IMG/VR virus record: IMGVR_UViG_3300008107_000012
Reading direction: 5' to 3' (one strand)
Origin: a virus
Length of the DNA: 64,000 bases
The translations under genes and the position numbers were made by a program. The notes below the pieces were generated by a model. It was not told the origin of the DNA. It searched no databases and was given only the letters and a program-made list of their open reading frames with translations. Below are positions 41,323 through 49,606 of the stretch, piece after piece (the first letter of the stretch is position 1; each line of letters opens with the position of its first letter).

Positions 41323-42084
41323 ATGGCTTTAAATAAAGGACAACTATATGAAAGAAATCTCTTTAATGAGTTGAAAAAAAATGGTAAAGTTCCGCAAAAT
41401 ATTACTACTACAGAACAAATAGAGGGGCAAGATATTACTGTTTATAATAGGCGAGGAGAATCTGGAATTGAAATTAAGTCAACCTCTAGTGCTGCTTTTG
41501 GGTCTGGAACTTTAAAATTTGATTACTCTGACTCTATTAAACCTTGGAAACTTTTGAAAAAATCTAGTGAAGATGAGGATGGTGAAGAAATAACCCCCAC
41601 AGATATTATGGGTGATATTGCTAAAACTTATAAAATTGCGGAAAAAGTAAATAAAAAATGGTATACTGATAATGGAAACTATTATCCTCTTTATTTGGAA
41701 GAAGATAATAAAACCCCAGTTGCAAAAATAAAAGCAATTCCAAGGTCAAAGAGAGGACAAAGAGATTTTGAAGTTTTGCACGAATTTAAAATTCGTTGCA
41801 ATAAAAGTGATATTGAAGATTATTATACATCTAAAGGAGCTTACTATATCCAAATTAAAGGAAAAGGGTTATATTGGTTTGGCAAAAAAGACCCATTAAA
41901 TATATCGTCGATGATTACTCGATTTAATCCAACAGAAACTTATATTAGAGTTAGAGTTCATAATAAAGGTGGTGGGAAGTATAATTTTTCTTATGGATTA
42001 TACATAAGAAATCTTTCTGCATCCAAACTTGATTTGGATAATGATACTAATCCATCTTGGCTTGGTCCTTCAGGTAATCCATAA
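41323..42084 (+). CDS. putative PD-(D/E)xK nuclease
   Basis: G..YE helix, then QD and IEIK catalytic spacing. Confidence 0.55.
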   Translation: MALNKGQLYERNLFNELKKNGKVPQNITTTEQIEGQDITVYNRRGESGIEIKSTSSAAFGSGTLKFDYSDSIKPWKLLKKSSEDEDGEEITPTDIMGDIAKTYKIAEKVNKKWYTDNGNYYPLYLEEDNKTPVAKIKAIPRSKRGQRDFEVLHEFKIRCNKSDIEDYYTSKGAYYIQIKGKGLYWFGKKDPLNISSMITRFNPTETYIRVRVHNKGGGKYNFSYGLYIRNLSASKLDLDNDTNPSWLGPSGNP

Positions 42085-42104
42085 ATAATTAGAAAACCTA
42101 TAAG

Positions 42105-43406
42105 ATGAAAAGATTTACTCAATTTATTATAGAAGCAAAAGAAACTAGAGCATCTGAGCAAGCCAAAAAGCTTGGTCTAGTTGGTGACGGGCATGGAGAT
42201 TGGTATAATTCTCAGGGTGAATTTGTAGCAAAAACAGTAAGTGGAAAACTTGAGTTTTTCAATAAAGGACAAAGAGTAGGTCAAAGAGATATTCCCCCAA
42301 AAGCAGGAGCAGCAGGTGCTCAGGCAGCACCACAGGCACAAGCAGCACCATCTCAAGGTCAACCAGTCGCACCACAACCAGTGGGAGCAGACCAGCAGCA
42401 ACCAGTTCGTGGTGAAGATGAATTCTTGACTGTTGTATTTGCAAAGTTTAATCCTCCCACAAAAGAACATAAAAAATTATTCTCAACCGCACAAAGAGTT
42501 TCTGCTGGTGGTGAATTTAGAATTTATCCATCGAGAACACAAGATTCAAAACAAAATCCATTGAATCCAAATAGAAAAATTTCTTATTTGAGAAAGATGT
42601 TCCCAGAAATTGCGGAATTGATAGTTAATAACCCTGAGATGAAAACAATATTTGATGTATTAGTTGCAGCAAATGAAGATGGATATTCTAATATCAATAT
42701 TGTAGTTGGTTCTGATAGATTATCTGAAATGCAAAGTCTTTCTGCAAAACATAATGGAACTTTCTATCAATTTAATGAAATAAAAGTTATTCCTACTGGA
42801 AATTTTGATTCTGAAAAAGATTCTAGTGGGATTTCTTCTGGAATGCTAAGAAAAGCCGCAGCAGATAATAATATTCGTGAATTTAAACGTGGAATGCCTA
42901 AGGGTATGACTGAAAATGATGTAAAAAAACTTCTTAATGATGTAAGAAAGGGAATGGGATTAAAGCAAGAAGTTGCAGAAAATTATAATCTTTGGGAAAT
43001 TGCTCCGGATCTTGATTATAAAAATTTAAGAGAAAATTATGTAAGAAATAAAATTTTTAGAATTGGTGATATTGTTGAAAATATGAATACTGGTTTAGTT
43101 GGAAAAGTGATTCGTAGAGGCACAAATTATTTAATTTGCGTAACGGAAGATGATGTAATGTTCAAATCTTGGATTAAAGACTTGGCAGAATATACTGAAG
43201 TGAAAATGGATAGTCCTATGAGAGATGAAAAGCATCCAAATACTCTTGTTGGGACTTTAGGTGCTTTTAAACATTATGCTTCTTTAACTCCCGGTGCAAT
43301 TGGAACTAATAGTAAGAATCTGCAAAGGGGAGGTAAAGCATATGGAGTAAATTTCATAAATAAGTATAGAAAAATAAAAGAAAGCATTTATTCTAATGGA
43401 TACTAA
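42105..43406 (+). CDS. cytidylyltransferase-like (HxGH-fold) protein with capsid-targeting-like N-terminus
   Basis: FNPPT..H, NPL, VVGSDR, SS..LR.AA; the HxGH motif is degenerate (TKEH); starts MKRFTQFIIE. Confidence 0.75.
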   Translation: MKRFTQFIIEAKETRASEQAKKLGLVGDGHGDWYNSQGEFVAKTVSGKLEFFNKGQRVGQRDIPPKAGAAGAQAAPQAQAAPSQGQPVAPQPVGADQQQPVRGEDEFLTVVFAKFNPPTKEHKKLFSTAQRVSAGGEFRIYPSRTQDSKQNPLNPNRKISYLRKMFPEIAELIVNNPEMKTIFDVLVAANEDGYSNINIVVGSDRLSEMQSLSAKHNGTFYQFNEIKVIPTGNFDSEKDSSGISSGMLRKAAADNNIREFKRGMPKGMTENDVKKLLNDVRKGMGLKQEVAENYNLWEIAPDLDYKNLRENYVRNKIFRIGDIVENMNTGLVGKVIRRGTNYLICVTEDDVMFKSWIKDLAEYTEVKMDSPMRDEKHPNTLVGTLGAFKHYASLTPGAIGTNSKNLQRGGKAYGVNFINKYRKIKESIYSNGY

Positions 43407-46284
43407 TATTGTAAACGATATTACTGACATTTATTTTGGACAGATTGCTGAGGCATTTGTAGATCCAGAAGAAGAAATTCCAACAAGTAGTGGAAGACCT
43501 GGAAGAAAACCGATTGAAAATGTTGCTTCTCACCCAAATCCTAAGGTTAGAAAAAAAGCAGTTGCTGGTATGAAAAAGCAAATGGAAAAAGAATATGGTG
43601 GGAAATGGACTTCTAGATCTAATGATCCAGTAAAAGAAGCATTAGATTCAGTAGGAAAGGAAGATGCCGATATTGATAATGATGGAGATAATGATAAGAA
43701 TGATAAGTATCTTCATAGACGTAGAAAGGCAATTGGTAAAGCAATTGCAACTCGTAAGGAATCATTAGATCCAGTGGGGAAAGAAGATGATGATATTGAT
43801 AATGATGGGGATGTGGATAAGTCAGATTCATACTTGAAGAATCGTAGAAGAGTTCGTGCTAAAGCAATTCATAAAGAAGGTTTTTCAAACTGGAGAGAAG
43901 ACCTGATTGAAGTTGCTGCTAAGATTGAAAAACCAGAAAAAGTTAAGGAAAAGAAAGTAAACAATAAAATTTCTATAAATCCTTCATTAGATTTAGGTGA
44001 TGGTGTTAGAGAATCTGTAGAAAATCTTGGTGGAACTCTTTTAGAATTTAATGAGATTAAAAATTTTGAGGGAGTCTTTGATGAACTTTCAGAGTCTGAA
44101 ATATTTTTACTAAATGATAATTTAATCGAAGAGGTTGTTGAAGAAGTATTTTTAGAATGTATTAGTGAGGGATATGATATTCTTGATGTTGAAAATGTTT
44201 TAATCGAGTCACTTGAAACATCAGTTGCAATTTTAACTGAAGCAAAAGTTACTTTAGGTCACGATACTAAGATTAAGAGTGATAGACTTGAAAAAGTAAA
44301 GTCTGCAGTCAAGAAAGTAGGAAAGGGTCTTGCTCGTGGAGCAGGTTATGTTGCTGGTGCTGCAGTTAGAGGTGCAAAAGCAGTAGGAAGAGAATTAAAA
44401 GCAGGATATCAAAGAGGAAGACATGGTTCTGGGGGAGGATCTCAAGCATCATCTGGAACATCTTCATCCGGAGAATCAGATTCTGATAGTCAGTCAAGTG
44501 GTTCGCAAAGTGATGGAGGTTCTCAAGCATCTGGTTCTTCTAGACCAGGACTACTTGGCAGAATTGGTTCTGCACTTAAGAGTGGATTGAAGAGGGTAAT
44601 TGCTAAGGGAGCAAGAGCAGTTTCTAGAGGAGCAAGAAATGTTGCTCGTAGAATGGGTGACGGAGCACAGTCTTCACAAACAACTCAAAAGACTTCAACT
44701 CCAAAAGCAACATCAACTACTCAGTCATCTCCAAAAGTAACTACGACAAGAACAAAAACCACAAGCAGTGGCAGTAGTGTTAATTTAGATAAACCTGGTG
44801 GTTCTACAACATATCGTGGAACTGGTTATGATAAGGGGAGTGTTAGTTTAAAAGGTCCAACACAAAAACCACAAGCACAACAAGCAGCACCAAAACCACA
44901 AGCAAAGACAACAACAGTTTCTGCAAAACCTTCTTCCGCAGGAGATAAAAAGAAAAAAGCACAGGCATTACGTCTTGTTCGTAGAAATCCAAATATATCT
45001 CCAGAGGATATAAGAAGAGCTGTTGGTGAAGAATATGAAATTAATGAGAAAACTTTAACTGCTGCCGAGACTAAAGAAAAGGAAAGACTTGTAAAGTCAA
45101 TGAAAGATAAGGAAGCAGATTTTGAAAAGAGATATCCTGGTCGTGGTAAAGAAGTTATGTATGCCACTGCCACAAAAATGGCAAAAAAGATTGCAGAACA
45201 AAGTGAAGAATATATTGATGAAGCAAAATTATCTAAAGCAGAAAGAAGAGCAAAACAAGCACAAAAACCTGATACTCCAAAAAGACCAAAGCACGTAGTT
45301 CAACTTGATTTGGACCAAGCTGCATTGAGAGAAGTTGGATCTAAAAGATTAAAAGATCCAAAAACTGGAAAAAAGAAAACAACAAAAGTTGAACCTGCAA
45401 AGATTAATGTTAAAGGTGAAAAGGGAGATGTCGTAAGGACAGTATCTACTGGAGATTTTCATAAAGAAAAACTAGGAAAGGGAGAGACTATGGATTTCTC
45501 TCCACTAAGAGATCCTAAGAAGTTTACTCAAACTACCAAAGCAAATAAGAACGTAATTAACAAAGCAAGAGGTGCTGTTATAGAACCCAATACTGCTAGA
45601 GGTGCATTTAGAAAAGAAGAAGTTTCATTAGATGAAAAAGTTGATAACAAAAGTGTAATTCAACATTTAAAAAATCTTGGATATAATAAAAAACGTGGAA
45701 TGACTGTAAAACCAGGACATTTTACAGGTGATATGCCTGGATCAGGTTCTCCAGGAAAAAAGTTGATTGCAACTAAGCACGATATCAAAAAGTATCAACC
45801 ACAAAAAATGTCTCATATTGATGATGACCCAAAAAATTTAGAACCACTTGAAAAGCATAGAAAGTCTACTCAAGGATCTAAAGGAGAAACTAGAGGATCT
45901 GATCCAAAAATTCATACTCAACTAGTTGGTTCTTTTAGAAAAAGAGGTGAAAGTAGAGCAGAACCTAAAGAGCACGGTAGAGTGAGAAGATATAGTGGTG
46001 TTAGAGAACCTGGTTCAGTAACTGCTCCTAAAACAACCAAGCAAATTCAAAGAGCACGTAAAACTGCAAGAAAAGGTATGGGTGAAGCACTTGATGTGAA
46101 TGCACAGCAAACACAACAGTCTCAACAGACAAAACCACAAGTTCAGTCTCAGCAGTCTACTCAGGATGCAAAGGCAAAATCAGCAGCACAAAGAGCAAAG
46201 TCGGCAGCAGTAACTCTTAAAACTAAAGAATTACAAACCCTTAGACAGACTCCAGCTGGAACTTCAGTTTCTAGTTTTGGATAA
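43396..46284 (+). CDS. large modular hypothetical protein (probable internal head polyprotein) with DxDxDG repeats and a HAD-like segment
   Basis: Two LD.VGKED.DIDNDGD.DK.D.YL..RR repeats; LDLD...TAR...HIDDDPKNL. Confidence 0.65.
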   Translation: MDTNIVNDITDIYFGQIAEAFVDPEEEIPTSSGRPGRKPIENVASHPNPKVRKKAVAGMKKQMEKEYGGKWTSRSNDPVKEALDSVGKEDADIDNDGDNDKNDKYLHRRRKAIGKAIATRKESLDPVGKEDDDIDNDGDVDKSDSYLKNRRRVRAKAIHKEGFSNWREDLIEVAAKIEKPEKVKEKKVNNKISINPSLDLGDGVRESVENLGGTLLEFNEIKNFEGVFDELSESEIFLLNDNLIEEVVEEVFLECISEGYDILDVENVLIESLETSVAILTEAKVTLGHDTKIKSDRLEKVKSAVKKVGKGLARGAGYVAGAAVRGAKAVGRELKAGYQRGRHGSGGGSQASSGTSSSGESDSDSQSSGSQSDGGSQASGSSRPGLLGRIGSALKSGLKRVIAKGARAVSRGARNVARRMGDGAQSSQTTQKTSTPKATSTTQSSPKVTTTRTKTTSSGSSVNLDKPGGSTTYRGTGYDKGSVSLKGPTQKPQAQQAAPKPQAKTTTVSAKPSSAGDKKKKAQALRLVRRNPNISPEDIRRAVGEEYEINEKTLTAAETKEKERLVKSMKDKEADFEKRYPGRGKEVMYATATKMAKKIAEQSEEYIDEAKLSKAERRAKQAQKPDTPKRPKHVVQLDLDQAALREVGSKRLKDPKTGKKKTTKVEPAKINVKGEKGDVVRTVSTGDFHKEKLGKGETMDFSPLRDPKKFTQTTKANKNVINKARGAVIEPNTARGAFRKEEVSLDEKVDNKSVIQHLKNLGYNKKRGMTVKPGHFTGDMPGSGSPGKKLIATKHDIKKYQPQKMSHIDDDPKNLEPLEKHRKSTQGSKGETRGSDPKIHTQLVGSFRKRGESRAEPKEHGRVRRYSGVREPGSVTAPKTTKQIQRARKTARKGMGEALDVNAQQTQQSQQTKPQVQSQQSTQDAKAKSAAQRAKSAAVTLKTKELQTLRQTPAGTSVSSFG

Positions 46285-46325
46285 AAAATCCTAAATAGAT
46301 TTAGGTATACTTATAGGAGGTCATT

Positions 46326-46511
46326 ATGTCCATTGGAGCACTATTTGCTTTCTATAAAGCAAATGAAGCAGCAATTCTAACAATTCTGCTGATTATTTCT
46401 GAGTTTCTTGGTGCGAATCCAAAAATTAAGGCAAACGGATTAGTTTCATTTATCCTTCAGCAAATTCGACAAAAAGCAAAAGATGGTGGTGCAGTTGACC
46501 CGACTCCTTGA
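46326..46511 (+). CDS. small hydrophobic/membrane protein
   Basis: Strong SD ggagg; AAILTILLIISEFLG. Confidence 0.6.
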   Translation: MSIGALFAFYKANEAAILTILLIISEFLGANPKIKANGLVSFILQQIRQKAKDGGAVDPTP

Positions 46512-46603
46512 GTTTTCTTCATAAACTCTCAAAGAGACCTCATTTTTGGGGTCTCTATTTTTTATAAATATTTCTACGAATAAATTTAGAAAAGGTAAAA
46601 AGA

Positions 46604-47368
46604 ATGGCACTCTGGGGAAACAATGATAATGTAGGTTCTGATGGAACCGTATCTTTAAATTATACTACTCTTGAGGTTATTGGAACCGGAACTACTTTTG
46701 GGCAAGTTGGTGCAGCTGCAACTGGAGAAGTGATTAGATTTGGTATTCGTGGTGGTGGAGGAACTTACTTCGGAGATGCTGTAATCGTTGGAATTGCAAG
46801 CACAACTTCTTTAACAATTGGATCTACTGCTGGTCTGAGTGGTGCAGCAATTGCGGGAACATCTTTCTACATTAGTGAACTTCCTAGTTATACAGTTCTT
46901 GATAGTACTTTCAGTAATGCAAATGATTCTGCTCCATCTCTCATTACATTGTCGATCACAGGGACTGCAACTACAAATGCGGGGATAGGAACTAATATTA
47001 TTCCTGTTATTGCTCCATTTGGGTTAATTGTTGGGGATCTTCTTGTAAATAGTACGGATAATATTCGTATTTCTGTCATCGGTGGAAGTACAATTTCTCT
47101 TGCATCTACAATTTCAGCAGGGATTTCTACAGGTGATAATTTAACCTTCAAGAGATATGTTGACGGTTATGACCGTCAAGTATATGGTATTTCAACTTCA
47201 TCTGATTATGTTGCAATTGGTTATAGTGGATTTGCTCACCAGGGATGGGTTGGTGTAACCACATATATTGATTGTGATGGAAACTTAAGAGTTAAAACTG
47301 AGACATTAGTTGCAATGTCTGGTATTTCTACTGGTTCTAATGGAATTATCTATCCAACATCTGTATGA
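46604..47368 (+). CDS. virion structural protein (fibre/spike-like)
   Basis: MALWG..D start, H.GWVG...Y.D..GN.RVK.E.LVAM end; late promoter at 46563. Confidence 0.7.
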   Translation: MALWGNNDNVGSDGTVSLNYTTLEVIGTGTTFGQVGAAATGEVIRFGIRGGGGTYFGDAVIVGIASTTSLTIGSTAGLSGAAIAGTSFYISELPSYTVLDSTFSNANDSAPSLITLSITGTATTNAGIGTNIIPVIAPFGLIVGDLLVNSTDNIRISVIGGSTISLASTISAGISTGDNLTFKRYVDGYDRQVYGISTSSDYVAIGYSGFAHQGWVGVTTYIDCDGNLRVKTETLVAMSGISTGSNGIIYPTSV

Positions 47369-47374
47369 TAATAT

Positions 47375-47767
47375 ATGGTCTTTAATGAACTGAATGAGGA
47401 TAATTTCCTTTTATTTGCAATTAAAAATTATGAAAATCCTCAAGCAGTCACTAAAGAAGACTTTGAAAAGGATTTAAATCATTTTAAATATATTAAAAGA
47501 TTATTGAAAAGATATAAAAGAGAAGGTGAATTAAAAACTCATCTTCTCTTGAATCATTTTATAATTCTTTATAATATTTTTGGTGAAGCAGCAACACCAA
47601 TGCTGTTTTTTAAAATAGAAAAAGATTTGTGGTCTTTTGTAAAATCTTTTATCATATTTCTTGGAAGATTTCCAGAATATCCAAAAACAAAAATACACGA
47701 TATACCTGTTGATATAAATTGTTTAGCAGAACTTTATAAGATCTACAATGGAAAACAAGAAGATTGA
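47375..47767 (+). CDS. conserved hypothetical protein of T4-like phages
   Basis: FAIK.Y.NP, F..DL..FKYIKRLL, LNH.I.LYN.FG. Confidence 0.75.
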   Translation: MVFNELNEDNFLLFAIKNYENPQAVTKEDFEKDLNHFKYIKRLLKRYKREGELKTHLLLNHFIILYNIFGEAATPMLFFKIEKDLWSFVKSFIIFLGRFPEYPKTKIHDIPVDINCLAELYKIYNGKQED

Positions 47768-47993
47768 TAAAGTCATTGAAGCATTTCGAAATTATATACA
47801 TTTGAAAGAAGAAATGATGACTACCCAAAGTACACCAACTAAACCAGGATTTAGTGCGGATGCTGATGATGTAGGACCTGTTGCGGGTAGAAGTCCTAAA
47901 ATGTTTTTACTTGCTAGAAAGTTTGCTAAAACATATGCTAAAGGTGGTCCTGGGTCAAGAAAGAAATGGTTAGATTACTTAAAGAATAAATAG
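47748..47993 (+). CDS. hypothetical protein
   Basis: 81-aa ORF overlapping the upstream gene. Confidence 0.6.
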   Translation: MENKKIDKVIEAFRNYIHLKEEMMTTQSTPTKPGFSADADDVGPVAGRSPKMFLLARKFAKTYAKGGPGSRKKWLDYLKNK

Positions 47994-48057
47994 TTTTAAT
48001 ACTACTTGAGGTATTTGTTTCATAGGGGTAGTAGGAGAAATAATCACCTCAACGACA

Positions 48058-48468
48058 ATGTTTAATCAAAATACATCTGCAGACACTAAAATTGCTGTCC
48101 TTGAAGAAAGACTTTCTGCATATGAAGTTATGATGAACAAGATTGACGAAGCAATACAATTAATGGGTAAGACAAGTCAAAACATCAGTAAAATGCTGGC
48201 AGTTCATGAAGAAAAAATAGACCAGTGTAATAAAACTGATGATTTAATTTCAAAAATGCTTAATGATTTAAAAGATGAAAGTGAAAAGCATTGTGAAGCA
48301 GTAAATAATAGAATAGAGAAAATAGAAACAAAATTAGATGAATTTGTAAAATATCGTTGGATTATAGTTGGTGTTTTTGCAGTTGTTTCTTTTGCTTTTT
48401 CACAATCTCATATGGTGGTTGACTTTTTGACTCCAGATGTACCTCAAGTATATACGCAACAAAAATAA
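48058..48468 (+). CDS. coiled-coil protein with C-terminal transmembrane helix
   Basis: MLAVHEE motif; RWIIVGVFAVVSFAF. Confidence 0.65.
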   Translation: MFNQNTSADTKIAVLEERLSAYEVMMNKIDEAIQLMGKTSQNISKMLAVHEEKIDQCNKTDDLISKMLNDLKDESEKHCEAVNNRIEKIETKLDEFVKYRWIIVGVFAVVSFAFSQSHMVVDFLTPDVPQVYTQQK

Positions 48469-48637
48469 ATAGTTGAGTGTTGGCGTTAGAGCCAATGAAA
48501 ACTCAAAAGAAAGTCACTCTCTACACTCTACAAAAAACAACAAATTCTGTTGTGAAGTGGACTGGAATAATTACCTCTCATTGCCTTGACAAGTCCAAAT
48601 AAACTGGTAGAATACATCAACTGGATGCTGTTTGATT

Positions 48638-49606
48638 ATGGACTTTGTTGATGTAAAGTACATCAATTTGATTTCTGCACGATTTCAAAAGTTTAAGAAA
48701 GTAAAGCACAATCTCTACAACTTTCGTTGCCCTATTTGTGGAGATTCTCAAAAAAATAAAAATAAAGCAAGGGGATATCTATATCAAGTTAAAAATAATA
48801 CAAACTTTAAATGTCATAATTGTGGAGTAAATATTTCTTTTAATAATTTTCTCAAGCAATTAGACCCAGTAATCTATAAACAATACACTTTTGAGAAATT
48901 TAAGGATGGAAAAACAGGTAAAAACTTTACTGTAGATGAACCAAAATTTCATTTCGAAGCACCAAAATTTAGACCTAAACTTGATTTGCCAAAAGCATCT
49001 GAGAATCCAATATCAAAATTATATTTGGAAAAGAGAAAATTAAATCCGGATAAATTTTATTATACCGACAAATTTAAGGAGTGGACTAATTCTTTTCGAC
49101 AAACATTCGACAGTACAGATAAAGATGAACCAAGGATTATCATTCCTCTGTTTTATCAAAATATTTTAGTCGGATTTCAGGGAAGAGCACTTGGTCCAAA
49201 TAAGATTAAATATATTACTGTGATGTTAAATGACGATGCCCCAAAAATTTATGGTCTCGATGAGATACAAAAAACTGAAACTGTCTACATCACCGAAGGT
49301 CCATTTGACTCAACATTCATTCGCAATGCGATTGCTTTATGTGGAGCTGATGGTGATATTAGTAAGTGGGGTATTGACAGGTGTGTTTGGATTTACGATA
49401 ACGAACCACGTAATGCAGAAATCCATTCAAGAATCTCCCGTATCATCGATAGGGGAGAAAAAGTAGTCATCTGGCCTTCATCAATAAAAGAGAAGGACAT
49501 TAATGATATGGTTTTATCTGGACTAGATGTTCAGTCTGTGATAGAATCAAATGTATATTCTGGACTAGAAGCAAAATTAAAATTTACTACTTGGAAGAAA
49601 ATATGA
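48638..49606 (+). CDS. gp61: DNA primase gp61
   Basis: Zn finger RCPICGDS...CHNC; TOPRIM EGPFDS, DNE, KD.NDM. Confidence 0.96.
   Translation: MDFVDVKYINLISARFQKFKKVKHNLYNFRCPICGDSQKNKNKARGYLYQVKNNTNFKCHNCGVNISFNNFLKQLDPVIYKQYTFEKFKDGKTGKNFTVDEPKFHFEAPKFRPKLDLPKASENPISKLYLEKRKLNPDKFYYTDKFKEWTNSFRQTFDSTDKDEPRIIIPLFYQNILVGFQGRALGPNKIKYITVMLNDDAPKIYGLDEIQKTETVYITEGPFDSTFIRNAIALCGADGDISKWGIDRCVWIYDNEPRNAEIHSRISRIIDRGEKVVIWPSSIKEKDINDMVLSGLDVQSVIESNVYSGLEAKLKFTTWKKI

Noticed and set aside
43635-43870. Direct repeats considered as a CRISPR array or DGR template
   Set aside because: Only two degenerate in-frame protein repeats; no spacers, cas genes or reverse transcriptase anywhere in the window.
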